Shown: positions 1 through 8,334 of the stretch, piece after piece
Layout: each line of letters opens with the position of its first letter
Position numbering within the stretch: position 1 is the first letter of the stretch
Origin: an uncultured virus (IMG/VR IMGVR_UViG_3300027896_000016)
Taxonomy: Duplodnaviria; Heunggongvirae; Uroviricota; Caudoviricetes
Virus record (IMG/VR): IMGVR_UViG_3300027896_000016
Strand: one strand, 5' to 3'
DNA: 64,000 nt
Translations under genes and position numbers: made by a program
The notes under the pieces: generated by a model
The model's database searches: none
Seen by the model: only the letters and a program-made list of their open reading frames with translations
Told to the model about the DNA's origin: nothing

Positions 1-322
1 AGCAGCCAAGCCCGCCAGCACCCCTGCCGTGCAGCCGGAAGCCAAGGCAGAGGCAGCGGCTAAGGCAGCACCCGCCGCTGACGACGGACGGGAAGCATTC
101 TTGGCCAAAGTTATTGACAAAACAAGAGAAATGATTAAAGATGATACGGTCAAAGATAAGGTTATGGAAATATTGGAAGAGCTTAAGATCGAAGGCGCGA
201 AGGGTATTAAAGAGGCAGATTTGCCTAAATTGAAGTTATTTATGGGTCGCCTGGAAGAACTTAGCAAGCCCGCTGACCCCAAAGAAAGAGACATTAAGGA
301 TTTCCTAGACGACTTGGCGTAA
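1..322 (+). CDS. Hypothetical protein, C-terminal part (Ala/Pro-rich linker plus helical acidic tail); probably begins upstream of the window
   Basis: ORF track 29..322; the frame appears open to the window edge; followed by a terminator. Confidence 0.6.
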   Translation, partial: AAKPASTPAVQPEAKAEAAAKAAPAADDGREAFLAKVIDKTREMIKDDTVKDKVMEILEELKIEGAKGIKEADLPKLKLFMGRLEELSKPADPKERDIKDFLDDLA

Positions 323-354
323 TTGGCACTATTAAACTAAAGAATATGAACAGA

Positions 355-390
355 AGATCGGGGAGCTAATCACTCCCCGGTCTTTTTTTT
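355..390 (+). terminator. Rho-independent terminator
   Basis: AGATCGGGGAG-CTAATCA-CTCCCCGGTCT stem-loop followed by a T8 tract. Confidence 0.85.
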
Positions 391-407
391 AGCCTAAAGG
401 GGCAATA

Positions 408-3395
408 ATGGATCAGGCACGGTGGCTGATTAGGGAACTTTTGAAGAAAACAACAAATAATTTCATTGAATTTAAATATGGAGCAACAAGTGAGCCAGAT
501 GAGGAAGAAATTGCAAAAGCAACAGAAAAGGGCAAAAAGTTAATCTTTGGAAAGGTCAAATACGGTCAAGTTGCATATTATCCCCGCGCATCTTTTGAAA
601 CAGATCGCGGTTGGGAAGTTTTTTATAGAAAGTTTTTACAGGAAGTAATAATTCAAAATAATCTTAACTGTGCTCACAGTATTAATTCAAGACCATATGA
701 AAAAATTGTAGACGGGAAAACGGTAAATTTTACAAAAGACGATCCACTAGAATATGATGCTCTGTATCTCGATATTGATTATTATACCAAATATGGCGAA
801 CAAAAAGTTACCAAAGATAACATAAAAGAAATTGTAAATAGGTTAATGGCAAACAATATTACACCAAGTTGCATAATTAAATCTGGATATGGATTACATT
901 TTTATTGGTTTTTAGAAAATCCAATAAAAGAAGATAAAGCAGAAATATTATTCAAAACAGCAAAAAAGGTCATACCCCAAGCAGATTCCACGCAAGATAT
1001 TATAAGAGCATACAGAACACCCGGAACATTTAATCATAAGAAGCTAAATAGAAAAGAAGACGAAGCACCGGGATTTTGTGAAATAAGTTATCCCAAAGAT
1101 TTAAATCAAGACGCAGTAAGATATGAATATGAAACGCTATTTAAGGGGTTTAGGGAAGCCCTAAAAAGTCCATATGAAGTTAATAAAGAACAAGATGCTG
1201 AAGCCGATATTGATAGCGTTTTTGGTAATAATAACCTTCCCGACAATGTAGATGAATGGGATATACCAGAGAATTACAAAAAATTAGTTAAGAATCCAGA
1301 AAAAGATAGGGATCTAAGACCAGGAGAAGGAAAAGATAGAACAGATTCAGCAATTTGTTTTGCAGTTTTGCTTAGATTAGTTGAGGCTGGATATTCAAAA
1401 GAATCAATTATGAAGGCAGTAATGGAATATCCATTTGGCAAACATATCCAAGATGAAGTCAGACGCGGAAAGAAAAATTACCTAGAAAAAGAAGTTAATG
1501 CCGCAGCAGAAAAAATAAAGGAAGAAAGAAAGGCCACTAAAACATTTGCAATAGATGCTGCCGGAACTTATCAAAAAGGAAAGGATGGAGAAAAGATTCA
1601 AGTATTAAATTGTGAAATGAAATTATTGAGGATGATTAAACAATTAAGAGAAGATGCGGCAGACGATACTACCGCAAGTTGGTTTGAGATGGAAATAATA
1701 AATAGTAGATCTCATTATTTAGATGTTATTCCAAGAGAAGATTTTAAATCTCTTGGTAGGTTCAAAAAACATATAAATCAAACAGCTTGTTGTTTCTTTG
1801 ATAAGGACAAAAATGTTGAAAAATATTTGGATTACCTCATTAAAAAGAGTAGATTAGAGGAATGTTATGGAATAGATTATGTCGGTTATGCTACTTTAAA
1901 TGGAAAATGTTATTGGATTTCAGATAATTTAGTAATAAGCGAGAACGAAATAACAGATTCAAATAAAGAAATTATTTGTATTCAAAAATATAGAAAAAGA
2001 TCAGAAGAATATGATGCAGAACCAGCAAAATTACCCATAAATTTTAGTAGAATAAGTTTAAAAGATGCAGCAATAGAACTAAATAATCTTATAGTTGATT
2101 TACGAAGAGTATTAGATGACACACAATCGGAAATGTTAATGTTATGGTGTATTGGATGTTTTTTGAAGAAATTTTTCTTAAGCGATATAAGCGAAGGTTA
2201 TCCAATTCTTAATATTATAGGGGAATCTGGAAGTGGAAAAAGTACAACGTTACCTATTATAAAGAAATTCTTTGGAACTAAGGATGTTAAATCAATTGAT
2301 ATTGGAACAACAGCATTTGCAATGAGAGATAGTTTAACAGTAAGCGATTCTATTCCTTTGGATATTGATGAATTTAATCCATCGGATGACCCAGAAGCTA
2401 AGAAGGAAATGGCAAGAATTAGAAAATTTGTTATTAGTGGATATAGAGGAACAGAAAGAAGAACCGGAACTAAAGGACAAAATACTCGTGGTTATTCAAT
2501 GCGTAGACCATTTATAGTATCAGGTGAAGTTTCGGTTGAGGGAACAAATCAGTCAATTTTTGAAAGAGTTTTACCTCTTTTCTTTTCAAAAGAAAAAGTT
2601 ACAGAAAAATCTATGGATATTTTTCAGAAATTTTCAACAAGAGTGTTATCAAAAAATAATGTTAATGGAATCGCACCATATGTAATTCAAGAAGTAATTA
2701 GAAATAAAGATAATGTTCAAAAAATATATTCAGAATGTTCAAGCTTTGTTAAAAAACTTCTCTCTGACGTTAAATTAGCTTCTAGAGGTTCAAATAACTT
2801 AATTACACTAACTGTAGCCTTTTTTATTTTAAAAAGTTTTTCCAAAAGAGCAGATATTGAATGTTCAATAACACCCGATAGATTTAAGGAAGTTTTGAAA
2901 AAACATATTGATGAAGTTTGTTCAAGACATTCAAGTACTATTGATGGTGCTAAAAAAGATTTAACTCGGGCATATTCAGATATTGGAAGAGTATTTGAAA
3001 TGTTTGCAGAAATGTATATGGATAGAAAACTTGAAGAAGCAAAGGAAATTTATCTTTTTGACCAAGTAAGAGACAAAGAATTTTTGCCGCTTATTAAAGA
3101 TTCAAAGAATCTCATATGGTTAAATTTTGAAGGTTGTCATGTTCAAACTTCTATGCATTTTCAAAGATTGCCCGAAAGAATTACCACACTAAAAAATGAG
3201 AGACATTGGTGTATGGATCTCAACCGATTATTAAAAGAAACCAATCCAGATAAGAAATGGATCATAACAAAGAAGACATTTCGGTTGAGAACGTCAGGAC
3301 AACGCAGATTTTACCTAGTAGATGTTGACAAAGCTATAAAGTGTGGAATAGATTTACAGGGATTTATGAAAAACTTCGACAAAACACAAGCTTAG
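408..3395 (+). CDS. Primase-helicase fusion: N-terminal AEP/RepB-like primase, C-terminal P-loop ATPase (SF3/DUF927-like)
   Basis: LYLDID, SGYGLHFYW and RAYRTPGTFNHK primase motifs; Walker A GESGSGKST and Walker B LDIDEF. Confidence 0.8.
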   Translation: MDQARWLIRELLKKTTNNFIEFKYGATSEPDEEEIAKATEKGKKLIFGKVKYGQVAYYPRASFETDRGWEVFYRKFLQEVIIQNNLNCAHSINSRPYEKIVDGKTVNFTKDDPLEYDALYLDIDYYTKYGEQKVTKDNIKEIVNRLMANNITPSCIIKSGYGLHFYWFLENPIKEDKAEILFKTAKKVIPQADSTQDIIRAYRTPGTFNHKKLNRKEDEAPGFCEISYPKDLNQDAVRYEYETLFKGFREALKSPYEVNKEQDAEADIDSVFGNNNLPDNVDEWDIPENYKKLVKNPEKDRDLRPGEGKDRTDSAICFAVLLRLVEAGYSKESIMKAVMEYPFGKHIQDEVRRGKKNYLEKEVNAAAEKIKEERKATKTFAIDAAGTYQKGKDGEKIQVLNCEMKLLRMIKQLREDAADDTTASWFEMEIINSRSHYLDVIPREDFKSLGRFKKHINQTACCFFDKDKNVEKYLDYLIKKSRLEECYGIDYVGYATLNGKCYWISDNLVISENEITDSNKEIICIQKYRKRSEEYDAEPAKLPINFSRISLKDAAIELNNLIVDLRRVLDDTQSEMLMLWCIGCFLKKFFLSDISEGYPILNIIGESGSGKSTTLPIIKKFFGTKDVKSIDIGTTAFAMRDSLTVSDSIPLDIDEFNPSDDPEAKKEMARIRKFVISGYRGTERRTGTKGQNTRGYSMRRPFIVSGEVSVEGTNQSIFERVLPLFFSKEKVTEKSMDIFQKFSTRVLSKNNVNGIAPYVIQEVIRNKDNVQKIYSECSSFVKKLLSDVKLASRGSNNLITLTVAFFILKSFSKRADIECSITPDRFKEVLKKHIDEVCSRHSSTIDGAKKDLTRAYSDIGRVFEMFAEMYMDRKLEEAKEIYLFDQVRDKEFLPLIKDSKNLIWLNFEGCHVQTSMHFQRLPERITTLKNERHWCMDLNRLLKETNPDKKWIITKKTFRLRTSGQRRFYLVDVDKAIKCGIDLQGFMKNFDKTQA

Positions 3396-3960
3396 AGGGC
3401 TGTCACGAGGTTGTAACACATATAAAATATGATATATTGATATATTCTCCTATGAAAACAAAAGAACTATAAAGTACTGTTACAAGGTTACAAGGTTACA
3501 AGGTTATTTATAATAGTTTATACTGTAGTTGGACTATATAACAAATGTTATATATAACAAATGTTATATAGATAAGGGGTAATATAAGGGGATGGATGTT
3601 TTGGACTGCAAACGCCGTAACCTTGTCATGTTACAAGCTTGTCCCTGTACTGGCTTGGACTTATGACTGTGACGACCTATCAAATGGGTTGTCACGGAAA
3701 CCTTGTAATCCAGCGTAAAACGTGGATTTTAAATTTTTTGGGCGTTTTGGAAGGTTTTTCATATAACAAACGTTATACGATTTTTCTCTTATTAAGCAAG
3801 TTTTGAAGATTTTCAGTTTTAATCTATATAACAAAACGTTATACGAATCCAGAAATTTTGGCTTATTTGCCCGATTTTTCGTGTTGTCTAGTTAATCTAT
3901 ATAACAAACGTTATATGATTTTCAAAAATTTCGGGCTAATTCCAACATTTTCCTCGTGCC
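3396..3960. repeat. Iteron- and palindrome-rich non-coding region, candidate replication origin
   Basis: GTTACAAG x3 (3479-3502); five copies of TATAACAAA(A)YGTTATA (3537, 3553, 3762, 3827, 3900); TGTCACG motifs; lies directly after the primase-helicase gene. Confidence 0.65.
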
Positions 3961-3983
3961 TAAGAGGCCAAAAGGAGCACTCT

Positions 3984-4472
3984 ATGAAAGAAAAAGCCGA
4001 AAAAATCGACGTAGATTTTCAATTATACGGCATTTTGGCCTATGGCCACGTCAAAAATTGTCCCGCAGATATCGGTTTTATCAATTTTCGCAAAGATAAT
4101 CACGTCTATAAAATCGTCGCTGGCAAGAAATCCATGCTTCACAGTGCTGCAAATACCCATTATTTGCGGTTATGTGCTGAACCTGGAGCAAGTTTACATG
4201 CCAAAACTTTCAGCTATGAGTATGAAAATGAAGAAAGAGCGAGTTTAGTAGCCTCTATGTTGATGGCGATAATTAACGCAATCAACGCCGGGACGGACCT
4301 AAAGACGATTAGCGACCCTGAACCAAATTTAACTGATCCTATTAGAATTCAAGTAAAATTTGAAAAGAAGCCGAGAAAGAAGCGAGAGGCCAAAAAGTTT
4401 GTTGACGCTACAGATGACGAAGGTGAAGATGATGACGAATTTTTTGACGATGAAGACGGAGAGCAATCATGA
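3984..4472 (+). CDS. Hypothetical protein with acidic C-terminus
   Basis: AAGGAG RBS before ATG 3984 (ORF-track start 3858 lies inside the repeat region). Confidence 0.65.
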   Translation: MKEKAEKIDVDFQLYGILAYGHVKNCPADIGFINFRKDNHVYKIVAGKKSMLHSAANTHYLRLCAEPGASLHAKTFSYEYENEERASLVASMLMAIINAINAGTDLKTISDPEPNLTDPIRIQVKFEKKPRKKREAKKFVDATDDEGEDDDEFFDDEDGEQS

Positions 4473-4702
4473 TTGAAATTGAATTTAATTGTAAGATCAA
4501 ATTGCAGCGGCCAAAAAGATTTTATCCTAAAGGCTTGAACCCTTCTGGCGTTTTGGACATTGAATTGTCTGAACTCAAAGAAGATCCCATTGATTATATT
4601 TATCAAAATTCGGCGTTTTTAATAATCGAGGTTTTAGAAAAGGCTATTAGGGAAGAACCGGATATTAACGAAGTACCAGAATTGGCCAAGAGTAATGATT
4701 AA
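4469..4702 (+). CDS. Hypothetical protein
   Basis: ATGA overlap with the upstream gene. Confidence 0.55.
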   Translation: MIEIEFNCKIKLQRPKRFYPKGLNPSGVLDIELSELKEDPIDYIYQNSAFLIIEVLEKAIREEPDINEVPELAKSND

Positions 4703-4720
4703 TTATAGGAGAAATCCCAA

Positions 4721-5041
4721 ATGTTAGAAAAAGGCGGTTCATGGGCCGGTGCGGCAAGAAGTAGAATGCAAACAATGTTTCGTAATGGCGAAACCGTAAC
4801 TTGGCAAAGTCAAGACGTATTGGAACCTCATGCTACAGTTCAAAATATTGAAGAAATTGCCAGAAAAGCTGCCGAGGCCGAAATTTGGGAAAGATTTATA
4901 CCATTGATGAAAATTACTAAAAAACTTCTTGCGGCTTATATTGATGAATCCGATGAAAGAATATATGTTAAAGAGGAACTTGTAGAAGAAGTCAATAAGG
5001 TAATTCTGAACGTATCTAGGGATTTAGAGGATTATATCTAA
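4721..5041 (+). CDS. Hypothetical protein
   Basis: AGGAG RBS; translationally coupled to the next gene. Confidence 0.6.
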   Translation: MLEKGGSWAGAARSRMQTMFRNGETVTWQSQDVLEPHATVQNIEEIARKAAEAEIWERFIPLMKITKKLLAAYIDESDERIYVKEELVEEVNKVILNVSRDLEDYI

Positions 5042-5532
5042 TGGAAGAAATCTCCGATCTTACAGTAGCACTTCATGAATTGTCTGTTATTTTTTGGCGC
5101 GGCAGTCTAGAAGATATTTGTTTTGGCCGAGAAAGTGAATTTTCACGCAATATCCAAAATTTTGTTACTTTAAACGGCAAAATCGGCATTGCGGCTATAG
5201 AGATTATTCTTCAAGAAAAGAAATTTTTGCCCAATTTGACTGCCGAATCTCTTCTTTGGATTACTGATATAAAACGACCGGATATATTAGATTCGCGCCG
5301 CGAGCTACTTGAAAAAGCCCTATTTGATACTGACCCGGTAATTCGCGGTGATGCTCTTACTGCCGTGCATCTTTTGAACGACCCATATTTTATTCCCATA
5401 TTACAAAAATTAATTGAATTTGAGAAGTCTCAATGGAATTTGCCACATTTGTTAAAACAAGTTATAGATTGTACCCAACGGGTTATAAATGATTTAGAAA
5501 GGGAAAAGGAGAAAAACTGTGGCCAATCGTGA
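5041..5532 (+). CDS. HEAT-repeat-like protein
   Basis: LEKALFDTDPVIRGDALTAVHLLNDPYFIPIL resembles a HEAT/PBS-lyase repeat. Confidence 0.55.
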   Translation: MEEISDLTVALHELSVIFWRGSLEDICFGRESEFSRNIQNFVTLNGKIGIAAIEIILQEKKFLPNLTAESLLWITDIKRPDILDSRRELLEKALFDTDPVIRGDALTAVHLLNDPYFIPILQKLIEFEKSQWNLPHLLKQVIDCTQRVINDLEREKEKNCGQS

Positions 5533-6583
5533 ATTCCTAATGTTAGCAAAAACCCTAGATTCTGATAATTACAGTGATGTTGTGGGGTGGTATATGTCTG
5601 AAAAGCTTGATGGGATGAGAGCATGGTGGGACGGTGGTTTGACAAAAGGAATGCCCGCCGAAGAAGTGCCTTTTGCCAATACTGAAAAAGATGACCGTCT
5701 CAAAGAAAAGGTTATTGCCACGGGCCTATGGTCAAGGTATGGCAAGGTAGTCCGTGCGCCCGCGTCATGGCTGGACTCCCTTCCACCTTATAGCCTTGAC
5801 GGGGAACTATGGACTGGTCGGCACCAATGGGAGTATGTTATAAGTATAGTCAAGAAACACAAAGGCAATGACGCAAATTGGGCTAAAGTAGCTTATCGCG
5901 TTTTCGATTGCCCGCCAATAAATGCCGTTCTTGCCGATGGAACTATCAATAATACTAATTTTCAGAAAGTATTCTCTGGCGCGATGAATTTTAAGTCTAA
6001 TCTAAATATTCGGCAGGTTATTGAAAATACGCCGTTTAATTTATGTTATAATTATCTTAGATCAATTGATTTTAGTAATAGTCCTATAGTTGTTCATGAA
6101 CAAGAAACTTTGCCTTTGAATGTTGAGGCAGTCAAATTGAGAATCGAAGAAAAACTCGAAGATGTTTGTCTTTTAGGTGGCGAGGGTTTAATGCTGCGCG
6201 ATCCTAATTCTATTTGGATACCCAAGAGAATGAAGCAATTATTAAAGATTAAGAAGCTTCTAGACTCTGAGGCCGAAATTATTGGATACACTTCCGGTAG
6301 AGCTACTGAAAAAGGCTCTAAGTTATTGGGCATGATCGGTAATTTGATCGTTATTTGGGGTGGCAAGGTTTTCGAGCTTTCTGGATATACGGATGAAGAG
6401 CGTAGTTTTAAAACTCCCGAAATGATAAAATGGGCCGAAGAAAATCCAGATCGTAAGTGTCCCGATTCTTTTGATGGCAAATATTTTCATGTTGGTGAAA
6501 AAGTAACGTTTCTTTATCGTGATCTAACTGACGCCGGCATACCTAAAGAGGCACGATATTTTAGAAAGAGGGTGGACGAATGA
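5519..6583 (+). CDS. lig: ATP-dependent DNA ligase (phage type)
   Basis: Motif I SEKLDGMRA, III LDGELW, IIIa YRVFD, IV GEGLMLR, V LLKIKK; C-terminal OB fold. Confidence 0.93.
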   Translation: MANREFLMLAKTLDSDNYSDVVGWYMSEKLDGMRAWWDGGLTKGMPAEEVPFANTEKDDRLKEKVIATGLWSRYGKVVRAPASWLDSLPPYSLDGELWTGRHQWEYVISIVKKHKGNDANWAKVAYRVFDCPPINAVLADGTINNTNFQKVFSGAMNFKSNLNIRQVIENTPFNLCYNYLRSIDFSNSPIVVHEQETLPLNVEAVKLRIEEKLEDVCLLGGEGLMLRDPNSIWIPKRMKQLLKIKKLLDSEAEIIGYTSGRATEKGSKLLGMIGNLIVIWGGKVFELSGYTDEERSFKTPEMIKWAEENPDRKCPDSFDGKYFHVGEKVTFLYRDLTDAGIPKEARYFRKRVDE

Positions 6584-6843
6584 AAGTAATTCTTGGCGAT
6601 CAAATTTATTCAGTATACTGGAAATATTTAAGTTCAAAAAGAATTCGATGCACAATAGAAGGTGCGAATAGATTTATTCTTGGTGATGGCGATTCTATGT
6701 GTATTGGCAAGGATCAATTCAATAAGAACACTGGCCGAAAAATTTCTATGAGAAAGGCACTTAAGGCTGTTTTCCCGTATAGTGACCATATTCGTCGCAA
6801 ATTTTGGGAATCTTATTTGGAGATGCGTCATGGCAAATGGTAA
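6580..6843 (+). CDS. Conserved phage hypothetical protein
   Basis: C-x-x-x-D-Q-F-N-K-x-x-G-R-K-I-S pattern typical of small phage proteins; overlaps neighbours. Confidence 0.6.
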   Translation: MKVILGDQIYSVYWKYLSSKRIRCTIEGANRFILGDGDSMCIGKDQFNKNTGRKISMRKALKAVFPYSDHIRRKFWESYLEMRHGKW

Positions 6844-7291
6844 AATGCCGCAAAAACAGCCGACTGATATTCAGCTAAACGCCTTTATTGCCGAAAAATT
6901 AATGGGGTATAAATGGCAGGTATGTAATCGTAAAATTTGGACAGAAAGACATTTTATGTATAACCGATTATATTTGGTTTCAATATACCCTTCTGGTCTT
7001 TGGAAAGGGCCGCGAAAAAAGTGTAGAAAGGCAGTTAATTGGTATTATCAGGTTCCGAGTTATTGCCAAAATTATACTCTAATTTTTGCGGTTATTGAAC
7101 AACTCAAAAAGCGTCAATTGTTTAATATATTAATTAAAATCTGGACAAAAGAAAAACATTGGGAAGTTTTTGTTATGGACAATAATAAACTCGCCACTCA
7201 AATTAATGCCTCATTGCCCCGCGCTATTTGTTTGGCGCTTTATAATCTCTATAAAGGAGAGAAAAATGTCGCGCAAAAAGCCGCCAAGTGA
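6830..7291 (+). CDS. Phage ABA-sandwich (BC1872-like) domain protein, paralog 1
   Basis: LNAFIAEKLMGYKW...VPSY...SLPRAICLAL signature shared with 7266, 28135, 35470 and 35855. Confidence 0.7.
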   Translation: MANGKMPQKQPTDIQLNAFIAEKLMGYKWQVCNRKIWTERHFMYNRLYLVSIYPSGLWKGPRKKCRKAVNWYYQVPSYCQNYTLIFAVIEQLKKRQLFNILIKIWTKEKHWEVFVMDNNKLATQINASLPRAICLALYNLYKGEKNVAQKAAK

Positions 7292-7685
7292 CACGGAAGT
7301 AAATGCTTTTATTGCCGAAAAGATTTGTGGGTGGAAGTGGAGAGTTTTTGATAATGAAATATATTTAGTTAGTATTTCTTTGAATAAAGAATATTGGGGA
7401 AGGCCGCGAAAGAATTTCAAAAAAGCAAAATGTTGTTATAGTTTTGTTCCTAATTATGTGGATAATGTTCCTAGTGTGTTTAATGCTATCGAACATCTCA
7501 AAAAGACCCGTCCAAGATTTCATATTGATATTTTTTCTTATGAAAACAATGGGAAATATAAGGTTGTTGCATGGGAAAGCGGTAGTTTTCATTATGAAGA
7601 TGTAAGTTATTCTGTAACAAATCAATCTCTTCCCCGTGCTGTCTGTCTAGCACTTTACGGATTATACCATAATGTTAGTTTATAA
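7266..7685 (+). CDS. Phage ABA-sandwich (BC1872-like) domain protein, paralog 2
   Basis: VNAFIAEKICGWKW...VPNY...SLPRAVCLAL; AGGAG RBS. Confidence 0.7.
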   Translation: MSRKKPPSDTEVNAFIAEKICGWKWRVFDNEIYLVSISLNKEYWGRPRKNFKKAKCCYSFVPNYVDNVPSVFNAIEHLKKTRPRFHIDIFSYENNGKYKVVAWESGSFHYEDVSYSVTNQSLPRAVCLALYGLYHNVSL

Positions 7686-8199
7686 TACTTTGGCCTCTTG
7701 CGACAAATGCGCCTCACCCAATATAATACAGGGCCAAGGCAGCATATTTACCCGAATTGTTTTTGTCTATGATTATCCCGATACAGACCCAAAAAGCGTC
7801 GAAATTTTCGACAAATTGCTCAAATTTTTGGCCATTGAGCGAAAGAATATTTATGTTACGAGTCTCGTAAAATGCGCCGTCAAAGATTACAAAATTGCCG
7901 AAAATTGTTCGGGCTATTTGCTACAAGAGCTTATTCTAATCGAACCCGAGATTATCGTGGCGCTAGGCGCGTTGCCGTTTAAATTCTTGACCGGCTTGGA
8001 GGGTATTATAGACAATAACGCTAATTTTTTTGAACCGATTCACAAAGAACTTAAGCACGTAATCAATCCAAAGACAATCTTTGCAATGATTCATCCGGGG
8101 TATCTTTTAAGAAATCCCGATGCAAAAAAATTATTTTTGTTTGCTGGTAAGATTTTGAAAGAGGCATTAATGGCGTTTGGCGATGATATTCCTTTCTAA
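7672..8199 (+). CDS. Uracil-DNA glycosylase family 4-like protein (Fe-S Cys retained, motif A divergent)
   Basis: CDKC, IYVTSLVKC, CSGYLLQELILIEPEIIVALG, MIHPGYLLRNP; the usual GEAPG position reads YDYPD. Confidence 0.8.
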   Translation: MLVYNTLASCDKCASPNIIQGQGSIFTRIVFVYDYPDTDPKSVEIFDKLLKFLAIERKNIYVTSLVKCAVKDYKIAENCSGYLLQELILIEPEIIVALGALPFKFLTGLEGIIDNNANFFEPIHKELKHVINPKTIFAMIHPGYLLRNPDAKKLFLFAGKILKEALMAFGDDIPF

Positions 8200-8220
8200 A
8201 CAATTCTATAGGAGAAGAAA

Positions 8221-8334
8221 ATGAAATCGAGACAATCTCTTGCTGCTAAGAAGGCATGGGTTACTATTAGGGCCAATGCTCAAAAGAGGTCGAATGCCGC
8301 CAAGAAGGCGTGGGTTACAAGAAGAAAGTCATGA
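8221..8334 (+). CDS. 37-aa basic peptide with a duplicated AAKKAWVT motif
   Basis: AGGAG RBS; MKSRQSLAAKKAWVTIRANAQKRSNAAKKAWVTRRKS*; ATGA overlap with the helicase start at 8331. Confidence 0.6.
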   Translation: MKSRQSLAAKKAWVTIRANAQKRSNAAKKAWVTRRKS

